Source: Eledone cirrhosa
Taxonomy: Eukaryota
Length of the DNA: 64,000 bases
Reading direction: 5' to 3'
NCBI GenBank assembly: GCA_964016885.1
Contig: OZ024756.1
Span: 1,240,001-1,304,000 of the forward strand
A model generated the notes under the pieces. The model did not search any database. It worked only from the letters and a program-made list of their open reading frames with translations, and was not told the origin of the DNA. A program made the translations under genes and the position numbers. Of the stretch, positions 1-14,300 are shown piece after piece (the stretch's first letter is position 1; each line of letters starts with the position of its first letter).

Positions 1-5
1 TTATA

Positions 6-117
6 ACAGTTTCTGATGACATGATTGAGCTAGCATCGTATTTAAAATTGAGTGGCACTGTTTCTAGTGCTCAGCAATTTTTAGACAACTCAATCAGAGA
101 AACAATTGTTAGACTGT
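6..117 (+). ncRNA. Type I hammerhead ribozyme motif, probable Penelope pLTR remnant
   Basis: Stem I ACAGTTT(6-12)/AGACTGT(111-117); core CTGATGA 13-19; stem II TGATTGAG...CTCAATCA; GAAA 99-102; palindromic stem III ACAATTGT; cleavage triplet GTT. Confidence 0.7.
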
Positions 118-339
118 AATTAAATTCCCCTTTTTTGTACTGTTGACCGTGTTATCCTTCACATTTTTTCAATTTTATTACTCCAAGATAAACTTACATA
201 GGAATAAAAGTGAACTCATACACTCGCCATCTACGTAAACAAGCAACGCCGTACGCTAAAACTATCCATAATAAGAAGTATTCACAACTTCTAACAGGAT
301 TACCTATAACGATATTTTGTTATCCCTTATATAATCATT

Positions 340-571
340 TATATATATATAATTATATATATATATCATTTTATATATATATATAATTATATATATATAT
401 AATTTTATATGTATATATAATTATATATATATATAATTTTATATATATATATAATTATATATATATATAATTATATATATATATAATTTTATATATATAT
501 ATAATTATATATATATATAATTTTATATATATATATAATTATATATATATATAATTTTATATATATATATA
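340..571. repeat. (TA)n-based minisatellite
   Basis: Repeated TATATATATAATT(TT) units. Confidence 0.9.
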
Positions 572-738
572 GCGGGTGTGTGTGTGATGGGGGGGGGGTG
601 TAAGTATCGATGTACATGTTTGTACAGATATGCATATATTCATTTATACAAAATATGTTTATAAAAAAAATGAGAAAATAAAATGTGTCATGTCAAAAAT
701 AATAATTGACAAATGAGACGAAGTTCAATAGATTTAGT

Positions 739-3700
739 CTAAAGCGGTTGACTCCCCGTCCGTAAGAAATCTGAGCCGAGTGGCCAGTTTTTAGTGTCCA
801 GTGAAAGCGGAAATCTAAATGGATAAGATGCACTGTTGGTCAAACCTGGGTTGGTGGAAGCAGATGCTGCTGCTGCTGCTGCTGCTGCGGCCGCCGCTGC
901 TGTCGCTGCTGCTGCTGCACTGGTAGAATACTGGAACAGAAGCGGTGTGATGTTGCCAAATGCATTTTGTGGCGGGAAATTGAAGCTCGGTTGTAAAGGA
1001 GCATGGCACGCTCGTAAGGCAAAGATACGTTCCATATGTGACGACATGGCCGAATTACTTGTCATATTAGCGGCATTTGGATGAAAAGGTAAATGTACAG
1101 ATGGCGCCACTGAGAAAGCGGATGCGAATTCAAAAGATGGCACTCGACAGCGGCTATTGTTTAGCTCAGTGGCCAGCCTGGACGAGAAACTTACTGGCTT
1201 AGATAAAGCTAGGTCAACAATTTTGGGTGGTGGACTTGGAATTTTGTCAAATATATCAGACTTACTTTCTTTTAAATGAATGTTCATCTTATCGGTTGTC
1301 TCCTGGTCACTACTGTCCACTAGGCCCTTGTCCATTAGCCTGGCATTATGTTTCCTGTTAACACAGTTTGACTTGGATGAAGTCTGTGTATTGTCCGCAG
1401 AGTTTGAAGATTTGAGTGAACCACAGGATTTGTTTCTATCGGAATCAACATGGTAATGCATATGTAGTTCATAACATCGAGAACTAATAGAAGGAATCTT
1501 TTCACAACATTCCCACACTTTTCTTTTACCTTTGTTATCGCATTCTTTCTTATCCTGGAGGTCACTGTCAGTGATGTTCACATCATTGTTGTCATGGTTT
1601 CTGTTGTCATGGTTTCTGCTATCATGGTTTCTGTTGCAGCTTGAAAGACCACGGTGGTGATCGTTATTAAACATTGCATCATATTGCTTCTGGTCAAATT
1701 CTCTCTTGTGTCTTGTTCCCACCAAGGAGATGTTTTGTAAGCTCACGGACTCGTCGCCATTTTCCTGTCTCATGTGTTCTTCTTCAGATGTATCACTTTG
1801 GCACCAACAACGACTGCCACAGGTGCCATCTCTTGTAATTTTATTCTCTGTTCTGTCAACAGAATCCAAGTACGGAACCGATATTGGACGAGAAAAACTT
1901 TTAGAATCTCTTTCATCTGTATTATTTTCACCAATAATACTGTCAATGCTAAAGGTCTTCAAGGTTTTCTTTTTCGAAATATTTTGCCCGTTTGTTCGAA
2001 TCTCCTTTGAACAGAAATATTCCATGGATGTCTGAAATGTAGAGCTGCTAACTTCGCTATTTTCTGAATCATTGTCAACACTTGTCGGACAGACAGACAA
2101 AGTAGATATTGAATTGTCAACATTCCTTCTATTTACGTTATTAACCAGATTACAATGAACAGGAGACGCTTGACTTGGTGAGATACTTCGTTCATCAATG
2201 TTTTTGTTGGTATATATTTTCTCATCGGAACTACCATCTTCATTATTGTTGCTTTCGTTATTTTCAGTAATTTTAATTTGTTTAAATTTTCCATCTTGAT
2301 GTTGATGTTGATTTTGTTGTTCTCTTTGTTGATGTTGTTGTTCTTGTTCAGACGAAGCATTGGATGACATGATTTCTTGGTTAGAATTTTCAAAACAATT
2401 TTCCTCCTCGATCGATTTCGGTAATAACCGATGGTTGTTTATCTGAAACGAATGCATAGCATGTCGTGTCACATGACCCATATGACATTTATCGATTCGT
2501 TTATTTATTGGCTGTTGGTTGTTTGTCAACCCGCATTGATTATCTGGAGACTCAGATAATGCTGTTGACGTTTCAGATATCTCCATGGAGTCTACATTTG
2601 GTGACGTGGATGTTGGTAAGTCCTGCTGTGGTGTCCGAATGTTACTCGGCAATTTAGATATCGTCTGCTCCGTTGGACTGTTTTCCATTTTTATTGATTG
2701 AAACTCTTCTTCTTTTAAATGACTATTTTCTTGTCCATCTTTTTCTTCACGGCGATGTTGATGTGTACGATGTAGATGAGGTTGTAAACACCGATTAAAG
2801 TTTGACCTTGAAGGTGTCCACGGGTCAGGGGAAGCTCTTGGACTAGACGGAGAAGAAGAACTGATTTGGGAGCAAGGCGAAGAAGAAGGAGATGGCGATA
2901 AAGACGAACAAGCTAATGAGTTTGTTGGGGACAACGATGTTGTGTCTAACGAAACTGACGTCATGGGATTAAATAGATGATTTTTATGAGCAGACGACAT
3001 GGACGACATTTTGAATTTGTTAGATATTTCTTGACAACCAACAAAATCACAACCACCTTCATCACCATTCCCATCAGAGACTGAATTTAGTTTAGATATA
3101 GGTTCTGAACATTGGAGTCTGTTTTCTAAAGAGCAACACATCGTAGAAGATATTTGCGAAGAATGGGATGAGGGTAAGGATGAAGATCTTAGTAACAACA
3201 ACGGTACATCCGTTTGTAATGAAGAATCATTTCGAGGATTTTGAGGCTTATTTTGTTGCTGGTGATGATGATGTTGTTGTGAAGAAGGATGTTGCTGAAG
3301 TTGTTGTTGGTTTTGTTGATGTTTCACACAGGACTTTACTCGCCGTTTCCTTCTTCTGTAATTACCATTCTCAAACATTTCTTCACAGTTTAGGTCTAAG
3401 GTCCAGTAGCTACCTTTCCCAGGTTTTCCTTTTTCCCGAGCTACTTTGACAAAGCAGTCGTTTAAACTTAGGTTGTGACGAATCGAGTTCTGCCAACCCT
3501 GCTTGTTGTCATGGTAGTACGGGAAACGTTCCATGATAAATTGGTAAATGCCATTTAAAGTGATCTTTCGATCTGGGGCATTTTTGATCGCCATTGCTAT
3601 AAGGGCGATGTAAGAATAAGGCGGTTTCTGGTGGTGCTCGCGTTTCTCCGGATCGCTTAGCACACCAAACGAAAATCCTGGGTTGCCGAATCCAGCAGAC

Positions 3701-3822
3701 GGTGGGTAACATAGGGCTGGTAAGTAACTTCGTGGATCATCAAGGTATTGTCCATATAAAGTAGATAACGTAGAACAAAGGGGCAGGGAATCCCCTAGAA
3801 ATATTCCACTTGAAAGGGGCAT
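739..3822 (-). CDS. FoxL1: Forkhead box protein L1-like transcription factor, single exon, 1027 aa
   Basis: The forkhead domain [14 protein letters not shown]...[44 protein letters not shown]...[13 protein letters not shown] matches FoxL1-type residues ([27 protein letters not shown]). The ORF is uninterrupted and has an eh1 motif FSIDSII. Confidence 0.9.
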   Translation of the reverse strand: MPLSSGIFLGDSLPLCSTLSTLYGQYLDDPRSYLPALCYPPSAGFGNPGFSFGVLSDPEKREHHQKPPYSYIALIAMAIKNAPDRKITLNGIYQFIMERFPYYHDNKQGWQNSIRHNLSLNDCFVKVAREKGKPGKGSYWTLDLNCEEMFENGNYRRRKRRVKSCVKHQQNQQQLQQHPSSQQHHHHQQQNKPQNPRNDSSLQTDVPLLLLRSSSLPSSHSSQISSTMCCSLENRLQCSEPISKLNSVSDGNGDEGGCDFVGCQEISNKFKMSSMSSAHKNHLFNPMTSVSLDTTSLSPTNSLACSSLSPSPSSSPCSQISSSSPSSPRASPDPWTPSRSNFNRCLQPHLHRTHQHRREEKDGQENSHLKEEEFQSIKMENSPTEQTISKLPSNIRTPQQDLPTSTSPNVDSMEISETSTALSESPDNQCGLTNNQQPINKRIDKCHMGHVTRHAMHSFQINNHRLLPKSIEEENCFENSNQEIMSSNASSEQEQQHQQREQQNQHQHQDGKFKQIKITENNESNNNEDGSSDEKIYTNKNIDERSISPSQASPVHCNLVNNVNRRNVDNSISTLSVCPTSVDNDSENSEVSSSTFQTSMEYFCSKEIRTNGQNISKKKTLKTFSIDSIIGENNTDERDSKSFSRPISVPYLDSVDRTENKITRDGTCGSRCWCQSDTSEEEHMRQENGDESVSLQNISLVGTRHKREFDQKQYDAMFNNDHHRGLSSCNRNHDSRNHDNRNHDNNDVNITDSDLQDKKECDNKGKRKVWECCEKIPSISSRCYELHMHYHVDSDRNKSCGSLKSSNSADNTQTSSKSNCVNRKHNARLMDKGLVDSSDQETTDKMNIHLKESKSDIFDKIPSPPPKIVDLALSKPVSFSSRLATELNNSRCRVPSFEFASAFSVAPSVHLPFHPNAANMTSNSAMSSHMERIFALRACHAPLQPSFNFPPQNAFGNITPLLFQYSTSAAAAATAAAAAAAAAAAASASTNPGLTNSASYPFRFPLSLDTKNWPLGSDFLRTGSQPL

Positions 3823-3891
3823 TTTGACTGGGATACAAGGTTCTGTTTATTTCTATTCCATGTATAATAACTGTTATAACTAGTATCAGTT

Positions 3892-4060
3892 GTTAAATAC
3901 TCTGTAATTTTCCATACGACGTCCTTGTGTATAATACATCACTGTAAGTAAATACTCTGTAATTTTCCATTCGATTAGTTTGTGTATAATACATCAGACT
4001 GTAAGTAAATACCCTGTAATTTTCCATTCGATGTCCGTGTCTACATTAGACTGTAAGTTA
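3892..4060. repeat. ~57-bp tandem repeat, 3 copies, just upstream of the FoxL1 ATG
   Basis: GTAAATAC(T/C)CTGTAATTTTCCAT... recurs near 3892, 3948 and 4005. Confidence 0.8.
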
Positions 4061-4147
4061 ACAAAGGTGGACGTCATTTAGACCTGAGAAAAGTATGAGA
4101 AAAAATACTAAAATGTACACATATACAGTTGAAATAAACACAAGTAC

Positions 4148-4178
<31 letters not shown>

Positions 4179-4220
4179 TGTATGTATGTATGTATGTATG
4201 TATGTTTATATATATAAGGC

Positions 4221-4438
4221 ATTGCTTTATATCTGGAGATCTCTCTGCACTTGTCGTGACATGGTACCATGGGCCCAGCACTATGTGTCAATAATTGTCA
4301 CAAGTGTAGTGTTTGTACCAGAGTTTTCAAGTCGCTGGCTGGACTAAAAAGTCACACTCGTTCAGCGCATCGGTAGGGGTTCTCCTACATGGATATAAAG
4401 TAGTGACCGTACTCGAAAGCGAGTTGGCAGCCACCATA
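4221..4438 (+). mobile_element. 3' terminal fragment of an RTE-type LINE; inverted copy at 10838-11050
   Basis: Encodes CSVCTRVFKSLAGLKSHTRSAHR*, the C2H2-like end typical of RTE ORF2, then a short 3' UTR running into TA repeats. Confidence 0.6.
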
Positions 4439-4625
4439 TATGTATATATATTATATATATATATGTATATATTATATATGTTATCTATACATATATATAT
4501 GTATATATTATATATATATATGTATATATATTATAAATATATGTATTTACATTACATATATATGTATATATATATCATATATATATGTATATATATTATA
4601 TATATACATATATATATTATATATA

Positions 4626-4835
4626 TTTCAAGGGCAACCAAGGTAAATTATGGTGCGCTTTCATCAGATAAAATACAGATTTGTTTTATAAATAAATATT
4701 GACATACCCGGAAAAAAGACAACCTTAACGGTTGGAGCTTCCTGGATATTTATTTATAAAACAAATCTGTATTTTATCTGATGAAAGCGCACTATAATTT
4801 GCCTTGGTTGCCCTTGAAATATATATAATAGAATA
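4626..4835 (+). ncRNA. Foldback containing a type I hammerhead motif (core 4778-4827); inverted copy at ~10440-10650
   Basis: ~75-bp arms. ATTTTAT-CTGATGA-AAGCGCA...TGCCCTT-GAAA-TATATATA-ATAGAAT. Related termini at ~60560-60720 and ~61740-61830. Confidence 0.6.
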
Positions 4836-5203
4836 AATATGGTTTTATAAATATAGTTTCCATTTATTAATATATTGTGTATTTACTCCACTAAATTGTT
4901 GAGTGCTTTATATCAGTTATAAAAATGTTTAAGCTTGTTGACATTTTTAAGCTTGTTGAATCCCAACAAATTAAATATAACCTCTGCATTTATTATATAT
5001 ATATATGTATAAATATCAACTATATATATTATATATATGTATATATATTATATATATATGTATATATGTTATATGTACACATATTATATATGTATATATT
5101 ACATATATATGTATATATTTTATATATATATATATGTGTATATTATATATATATATACATATATTATATATATATGTATATGTGTAAATATATTTATATG
5201 TAT

Positions 5204-5252
<49 letters not shown>

Positions 5253-5729
5253 GTTTACTGATTGGTGACACGCGTTTCGCTATTGATCAGCTCAAGGTTT
5301 GATCTGTATCGATCTGGGCCGACTCTGGAATTAGAAATTCGTCGAGCCTCTGTTGTTCTAATGACAGAATGACCATATAAGGCATAGTCATGCTTGTAAA
5401 TTGACCAGCATATGAACGCGACACGTGACAGGTATTTATGTGCCTTATATGATCCTTACAACACCAGAGGGCCGACGAACTTTTGATTCCAGAGTCAGGC
5501 CAGTATGTATGTATGTATGTATGTATGTATGTATGTATGTATGTATGTATGTATGTATGTATGTATGTATGTATGTATGTGTGTATGTATGTATGTATGT
5601 ATGTATGTAAAGTATGTGTGTATGTATGTATGTATGTATGTATGTATGTATGTTTATATATATATATAATTTATATAATTCTGTAATTCTCAATATATGT
5701 GTATAAGTATATATGTTTGTGTGCATTTA

Positions 5730-5765
<36 letters not shown>

Positions 5766-6046
5766 GTAATAATAATAATTATTAAAAGTTACTATCTATT
5801 TAAGTATCCTTATTGTTATTCTGAATAGTTTGTGATGTATATATATAAAATAATTAAGTCAAATATGTAAAATTTGGTTTCGATTATTACAAATTACAGA
5901 TATACTGCTATATATATTTCGGTGACAGCCATCATTGGCTGTGACCTCTTCAGGCAGTCTGAATTGGTGTTGAAGTGTGTTTTACTCTGTCAATACATCG
6001 ATATGTCCAGCTCCTGGTAGTCTTGATATTTCTCTTAAGAACTGGA

Positions 6047-6164
<118 letters not shown>

Positions 6165-6264
6165 TGTGTGTGTGTGTTGAATTAAAAATAATTAGTTATT
6201 TAGAATCAGCTGACTTTAATATAACAGACATCAAGCACTCAACGGTATATGTTTATCCAGAGTT

Positions 6265-6650
6265 TTATAATAATTGTTTCTACTTTTGGCACAAGGCCAG
6301 CAAATTACCCAGTACATTACTGGTACTTTATTTTATCGACCCCGTAAGGATGAAAGGCAAAGTTAACCTCCGCGGGATTTGAACTCAGATCATAAAGAGC
6401 CGTAACTCAATGCTGCAAAGCTTGGCGTCAACCCTCTACCGATACTGCCAATCCACCACCCTTGAGTTTTATAATAATAATTGTTTCTACTTTAGGCACA
6501 AGGCCAGCAATTACCCAGTAAATTACTGGTACTTTATTTTATCGACCCCGTAAGGATGAAAGGCAAAGTTAACCTCGGCGCGATTTGAACTCACACTGCA
6601 AAGGGACGTAACTACGCTAGAAAGCATAGCGTCCAACCCTCTACCGATAC
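6265..6650 (-). mobile_element. Two tandem copies of a tRNA-derived SINE (octopus-type)
   Basis: On minus: B-box GAGTTCAAATC, central TTTGCCTTTCATCCTTACGGGGTCGATAAAATAAAGTACCAG, and tail GGCCTTGTGCC.AAAGTAGAAACAATTATT. The same family recurs elsewhere in the window. Confidence 0.8.
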
Positions 6651-6673
6651 GACTAAATTGGGATGGTCTAAAG

Positions 6674-7050
6674 TAGGGGTGTGCAACATATTCCATTGGT
6701 GGGCCACTTTTGAACATTGGAGCAGCTATTAGGGCCAGTCACTGTCAAAAATATGTAATCTAATGAAAATCATGGAATTGAGTCATAAAACATTGTGAAT
6801 ACATTTTTATACAATAAAGACAAATAAAATATAATTTAGTTTTATTAATGTAAGACTTGGTATTTGGTGTTTTTGCATAATTTATCAATGTCTGGTTTGA
6901 CTGATGTGATGTGGGGGCAACTCGAAGCTGGTCAACTGTTCATTTGTGAGCTGACTTTGGTATCTATTTCTAGTAAACTTCATTCTTGAAAAGAACTGCT
7001 CAAGGGATGTCATTTTCCTAGCATGTTGCTCCAAATTTGGATGATTACTA
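6674..7050 (-). mobile_element. hAT (Charlie/GTF2IRD2-like) DNA transposon remnant
   Basis: Minus strand encodes EQFFSRMKFTRNRYQSQLTNEQL...QLRVA...VKPDIDKLCKNTKYQVLH* (hAT dimerisation domain, frameshifted). TIR-like TAGGGGTGTGCAAC at 6674. Confidence 0.65.
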
Positions 7051-7845
7051 CATACATAATTTTAGTAGAAAGTTACCGAAAATGCAACAAATAACAGATA
7101 AACCTGTGTTAACTCTGAGGTTGATGGAGAATTAAATACATATGAAGTTGTAGCTAGGAACAGACAACCAAGGACACTGAGTACTTTTTAATATACACAA
7201 CATTTATCTGATAAATAGAATTACATGATTATATTAGAAAATTAACTATAATTAACAATAGTAACTGTATAAAGAAGTTTTCAAACTTTCAATTCAAAAC
7301 AAACTCTTTTTGTGTAACACGCTTGAAAATGCTATAAAAGAGAACTTATTCCTTTCTTTGAATGTTAGTCCTTTTTCATAACCCATTTAGGACTTTTAAT
7401 TTTATATTTAACAATTCTTCCATTATCAATATGAAATTAATACATCGGGCATTTAAATAATATAATTTCATTAATATTGATTAAACACTATTCCAAAGAC
7501 CCACCACAACTTCTTCCATAACATGGAACTGGGAAATTATAACACACATAACCCTATCAGAACAACTATTAGGGCCATTAATATTTATTATGGACTATTC
7601 CAAAGATCCACCACAACTTCTTTCTATGGAACTGGGAAATTATAATGCACATAACCCTATCAGTGGGGCCCTTTAGTATAGGTTAACTAACAGAAAATTG
7701 TATTACGGTCACGAAAAAAATTCTCAAAAATGAAAAAATGAAAAAAGGGTCATCAGGACCCATTCTGACAGGTCAGGCGTGCCGTCTGTTGCAAGGCCCC
7801 TGGTCAAAGTAACTGTCCTTCGTTTATTATTATTATTATTTATGA

Positions 7846-7975
7846 TCTGAGATCAAATCCCTCCGAGGTTAATTTGCCTTTCATCCTTACGGGATCGATA
7901 AAATAAAGTACCAGTAATGTACTGGGGGGTAATTGTTGGCCTTGTCCCCAAAGTAGAAACAATTATTATTATTAT
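7846..7975 (+). mobile_element. Partial SINE copy
   Basis: Same central and tail motifs as 6265-6650, opposite orientation. Confidence 0.75.
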
Positions 7976-8068
7976 TTATATATATATATATATATAAATA
8001 TATATATATAGAGAGAGACATATATCCCGAGTAAAATTGGGAGTAACCACAGTAAATACGATATTATG

Positions 8069-8120
<52 letters not shown>

Positions 8121-8248
8121 CGTAATATCGTTGTTCTCAATCTACTACTGTTTTGAGTACCTTATTTACTGTGGTCACCCCAATTTTACTCGGGATATCT
8201 CTCTCTCTATATATATATTTTTATATTATACACACGCACACACACACG

Positions 8249-8337
<89 letters not shown>

Positions 8338-8428
8338 TAGTATATATATACTTATATATATATATTATGTCATCAAGTATAAAATTTGTAGGAATTTGTT
8401 TTTTTCTAAAAATTTGATACTTGACGAC

Positions 8429-8490
<62 letters not shown>

Positions 8491-8583
8491 TATATATGTA
8501 TATATTTATATATATATAATTAGAAAGAAAGTGAACAACACATATATAATTACTTCATTACCTCTTTTTTCTTTGCAATTACC

Positions 8584-8623
<40 letters not shown>

Positions 8624-8671
8624 ATACACGCACGCACAACACACACACACACACATACACACACACACACG

Positions 8672-8725
<54 letters not shown>

Positions 8726-8772
8726 TAACAGATTAAAGTTTAAGCAAAGAATCGCTGCTTTCGCCCTTAACA

Positions 8773-8836
<64 letters not shown>

Positions 8837-8850
8837 TTTTATATATATAC

Positions 8851-8881
<31 letters not shown>

Positions 8882-9745
8882 CTTTTATATATATACACTT
8901 ATATATATATATTTTGTATATATGTATATATATATATATAATATATAGATATATATGTAATATATACATATATATAATATATATGCATATATATAATATA
9001 TATACATATATAATATATAAATGTGTGTGTATATATATATAATATACATACACACATTTATATATATATATATATACACACACATATATATATAATATAT
9101 AAGTACATATATAATATATATATTCATATATATATTATATATATACATATATATATGTGATATATATACAGACATATATATAATATATATATATTATATC
9201 TCTCTCTCTCCCTCTCTCTCTCTTTCTGTCTCTCTCTCGCTCTCTTTCTCTCTCTCTATATATATATAATATGTATACATATATAATATATATATATATA
9301 ATATATATATATATATATAATATATACATATATATCATATATATATACATATATATATATGTAATATATATACATATATATATTATATGTATATAATATA
9401 TATATATTTATATTATTTATAAATATACATATATATATATATAATATATATATATAATATACACAATATATATATATATATAATATATACAATATATACA
9501 ATATATACAATATATATATATAATATATAGTATATATACATATATATATAATATATATATATAATATATACAATATATATATATAATATATAGTATATAT
9601 ACATATATATAATATATATGTAACATAATATAAATATATATATAATATAATATAATATAATATAATATAATATATATATCCAGAGAGTGTAACGTGAAGT
9701 TACTGTAGGTTCACCCAGGTAAGCACTCGATGTTTAGGTTCACCT

Positions 9746-10040
9746 CTGATTAGTGACGCGCGTTTCGCTATTGATCATCTCACGGTTCGATCTGCATCGA
9801 TCTGGCCTGACTCTGGAATCAAAAGTTCGTCGGACCTCTGGTGTTGTAAGGATCACATAAGGCACATAAATACCTGTCACGTGTCGCGTTCATATGCTGG
9901 TCAATTTACAAGCATGACTATGCCTTATATGGTCATTCTGCCATACAGAGGCTCGACGAATTTCTGATTCCAGAGTCGGCCCAGATCGATACAGATCAAA
10001 CCTTGAGCTGATCAATAGCGAAACGCGTGTCACCAATCAG
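9746..10040. mobile_element. ~295-bp foldback/MITE-like element; truncated inverted copy at 5258-5503
   Basis: ~95-bp imperfect terminal inverted repeats CTGATTAGTGACGCGCGTTTCGCTATTGATCA... / ...TGATCAATAGCGAAACGCGTGTCACCAATCAG. Confidence 0.7.
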
Positions 10041-10045
10041 TAAAC

Positions 10046-10086
<41 letters not shown>

Positions 10087-11050
10087 ATACATATAAATAT
10101 ATATACACATATACATATATATATAATATATGTATATATATATATAATATACACATATATATATATATATAAAATATATACATATATATGTAATATATAC
10201 ATATATAATATGTGTATATATAACATATATACATATATATATAATATATATACATATATATAATATATATAGTTGATATTTATACATATATATATATAAT
10301 AAATGCAGAGGTTATATTTAATTTGTTGGGATTCAACAAGCTTAAACATTTTTATAACTGATATAAAGCACTCAACAAGTTAGTGGAATAAATACACAAT
10401 ATATTAATAAATGGAAACTCTATTTATAAAACCATATTTATTCTATCATATATATTTCAAGGGCAACCAAGGCAAATTATAGTGCGCTTTCATCAGATAA
10501 AATACAGATTTGTTTTATAAATAAATATCCAGGAAGCTCCAACCGTTAAGGTTGTCTTTTTTCCGGGTATGTCAATATTTATTTATAAAATAAATCTGTA
10601 TTTTATCTGATGAAAGCGCACCATAATTTACCTTGGTTGCCCTTGAAATATATATATAATATATATATGTATATATATAATATATATACATATATATATG
10701 ATATATATATACATATATATGTAATGTAAATACATATATTTATAATATATATACATATATATATATAATATATACATATATATATGTATAGATAACATAT
10801 ATAATATATACATATATATATAATATATATACATATATGGTGGCTGCCAACTCGCTTTCGAGTACGGTCACTACTTTATATCCATGTAGGAGAACCCCTA
10901 CCGATGCGCTGAACGAGTGTGACTTTTTAGTCCAGCCAGCGACTTGAAAACTCTGGTACAAACACTACACTTGTGACAATTATTGACACATAGTGCTGGG
11001 CCCATGGTACCATGTGACAAGTGCAGAGAGATCTCCAGATATAAAGCAAT
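9802..11050. repeat. Right arm of the inverted duplication
   Basis: Reverse complement of 4221-5503. Confidence 0.9.
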
Positions 11051-11143
11051 ATATATATATACATACATACATTTATATATATAATATATACATGTATATA
11101 TAATATATATAATGTATATATAATATATATAATGTGTATATAA

Positions 11144-11197
<54 letters not shown>

Positions 11198-11549
11198 ATA
11201 TATACGTGTGTGTGTGTGTGTATAAATACTCATGTACACATGTGTTTTTAGTTAGATGTTAAATCAGGAAAAATTCTAAGAAAGTATTGTATTTTTTATA
11301 AATCATGTTTTTACATTCTTTTAAAACCTTTCTCAAATTTGGTAAAATAATCCTTCAATTCTTTAAGTCTTAACTTTCTCTACCGCATTGCGAAGATATC
11401 ATGAAGGAGTGCAAAGGAGCTCTATAATTACATCACATTATATAAAATAAAATACCAGTAATGCACTGGGTAATTGCTGGCCCTGTGCCAAAAGTAGAAA
11501 CGATTAAATATATCTTTAACTCTAATACTGCAATGTTTGTCAGACGTAT

Positions 11550-12260
11550 CTCCTCTAGTAAAGATACTATAAATATTTGATGCAAAAGAGTTGTTTTGGG
11601 AATATTTCTGTTATATCATTACATGATGCAAAAAGATAATACTACACATTTTCACAACAAACTGTCCACAAGTAAAGATACTATAAACATTTGAATTAGC
11701 AAATCCATGTTTAGATATTTCCTGCTAAATTCTTGCAGGATATTAATTGATAATACTACAAATTTTCACAACAAACTGTCCACAAGTAAAGATACTATAA
11801 ACATTTGAATTAACAAATCCATGTTTAGATATTTCCTGCTAAATTATTGCAGGATATTAACTGATAATGCCACACATGTTCACAATGATTTGTCCACTAG
11901 GGAAAACATTATAGATATTTGAATTAACAAACCACGTTTTTAGATATTTTCTGCTAAATTACTACAGTTTGTTAAAAGACAATACTATCAATTTTCACAA
12001 CAATCTGTCCACTAGTAAAGATACCATAAACATTTGAATTAACAAACGCATGTTTAGATATCTTCTGCTAAATCATTACAGGATGTTAAGAAACAATTCT
12101 ACAAATTTTCACAATGACCTGTCCACTAGTAAAGATACCATAGACATTTGAATTAACAAACGCTAAATTGTCACAAGATATCAAGAGATAATACTACAGA
12201 TTTTCACAATGATTTGTCCAATAGTAAAGATACTATAAATATTTGAATTAACAAACATTA
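11550..12260. repeat. ~114-bp tandem repeat, ~6 diverged copies
   Basis: CCACAAGTAAAGATACTATAAACATTTGAATT at 11666 and 11780, with further variants. Confidence 0.85.
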
Positions 12261-12473
12261 TAGGGTATTAAGAGTTGAGACAGTTTTAAAAAGAATATAA
12301 ATTCTATTGGCTTAGCTATACCATCGTCTTGATCCTAAGATCATATTACTTGCACAATATTTAGTCATGATCAAAAGATATTTCATTTACAAAGATTGTA
12401 TATATTTGAACTAAATATTTTAGGAAATTGAATATTTAGAATTAGATTAAATCAGCGAATATATATTTAAATC

Positions 12474-13262
12474 GACCGATAGATAGATCGATACGTTGAC
12501 AGAGTGATAGTATTTAGCCTTCATGATAGTGACCCGGTCAATAGATAGATCGATACTTTGACAGAGTGATAGAGTTTAGTCTTTATGATAGCAACCCGGT
12601 CAATAGACAGATCGATACTTTGACAGAGTAATAGAGTTTAGCCTTTTTGATAGCGACCCGGTCAATAGACAGATCGATACTTTGACAGAGTGATAGAATT
12701 TAGCCTTTTTGATAGCGTCCCGGTCAATAGACAGATCGATACTTTGACAGAGTAATAGAGTTTAGCCTTTTTGATAGCGACCCGGTCAATAGACAGATCG
12801 ATACTTTGACAGAGTGATAGAATTTAGCCTTTTTGATAGCGACCCGGTCAATAGACAGATCGATATGTTGACAGAGTGATAGGGTTTAGTCTTTATGATA
12901 GCAACCCGGTCAATAGACAGATCGATACTTTGACAGAGTGATAGAATTTAACCTTTTTGATAGCGACCCGGTCAATAGACAGATCGATATGTTGACAGAC
13001 TGATAGGGTTTAGTCTTTATGATAGCGACCCGAGCAATAGACAGATCGATATGTTGACAGAGTGATAGAGTTTAGCCTTTTTGATAGCGACCCGGTCAAT
13101 AGACAGATCGATATGTTGACAGAAAGATAGGGTTTAGTCTTTATGATAGCAACCCGGTCAATAGACAGATCGATATGTTGACAGAGTGATAGAGTTTAGC
13201 CTTTTTGATAGCGACCCGATCAATAGACATATCGATATGTTGACAGAGTGATAGGGTTTAGC
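12474..13262. repeat. 62-bp minisatellite, ~13 copies
   Basis: CCCGGTCAATAGACAGATCGATA at 12533, 12595, 12657 and onward. Confidence 0.95.
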
Positions 13263-13897
13263 CCAGTCAAAACATGTTATGGTTCCTCAAAACAATACCT
13301 CACCGAATTAAAAAAATTCCCATTTAAATTAAATCTATCAACATAATTTTATATAAAACCATACGTTAATTACTACCTTTGTAATGAAATAATTGATATC
13401 AAAAACTTCTTTATTAATTAATAGAGAGTGTAAAACAATAAATAAGATTTTCAAGATTCTTATTTAATTTAAAATGTATCAACGTAATTTTATATAATGC
13501 CATATGTTAAGTTATTATTTTTGTAATGAAATAATTAATAATTCTAGTAAATATCTAAAAATTCATTATTAATTAATTGAAATAGACTGTAGAATAATAA
13601 ATGATATTCAAAAGATTCCTATTTAATTGAAAATCTTCCAACATAATTTTATATAATAGCATGTTACGTTAGTATCTTCTTTATGAAATTATAAATAAAA
13701 GTAAATCTTACAAAATTCTTCATTAATATAATTGAAACAGAGGCACGGCCACGAAATGGTTAAAAATATGTTAATCTATAATGTATGATAAATGATATGT
13801 CTCTCGATAGATAAAACAATATTGATCTATTATATAGTTATAATATCTGGGGGAGGAGTTAAGAAACATTCTTCATCTTAACACTTCGCTAATTCCT

Positions 13898-14036
<139 letters not shown>

Positions 14037-14167
14037 ATGTAAAAGGTAAACAGAAATAACAACACAATCAGTACAGTATATGGAAGAAATATATTAGGTT
14101 AACGCTTGATATAGCAGGAAGAAGGTTTATGTATATATATACTAACGTTTTATTTTTATAAATGAAA

Positions 14168-14300
14168 TAATTGTTTCTACTTTAGGCACAAGGCCAGCAA
14201 GTAACCAGTGCATTACTGGTACTTTATTTTATCGACCCCGTAAGGATGAAAGGCAAAGTCAACCTCGGCGGGATTTGAACTCAGATCGTAAAGGGACGTA
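14168..14300 (-). mobile_element. Partial SINE copy
   Basis: Same family as 6265-6650. Confidence 0.8.

Larger units (their letters stand above)
4221..5503. repeat. Left arm of a ~1.25-kb inverted duplication (partner 9802-11050)
   Basis: Reverse-complement match to 9802-11050, including the degenerate TA tracts. Flanked on both sides by (TATG)n. Confidence 0.9.

Noticed and set aside
815-3712. Short overlapping and antisense ORFs within FoxL1
   Set aside because: They are shadows of the main ORF and its triplet repeats.
4280-4376. C2H2 zinc-finger gene
   Set aside because: It is a single finger followed by a stop and TA tail, which fits an RTE ORF2 C-terminus.
10000-10032. Hammerhead in the MITE-like terminal repeat (GCGAAACGCGT)
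   Set aside because: The GAAA plus palindrome is present, but there is no intact CUGANGA core or stem I.
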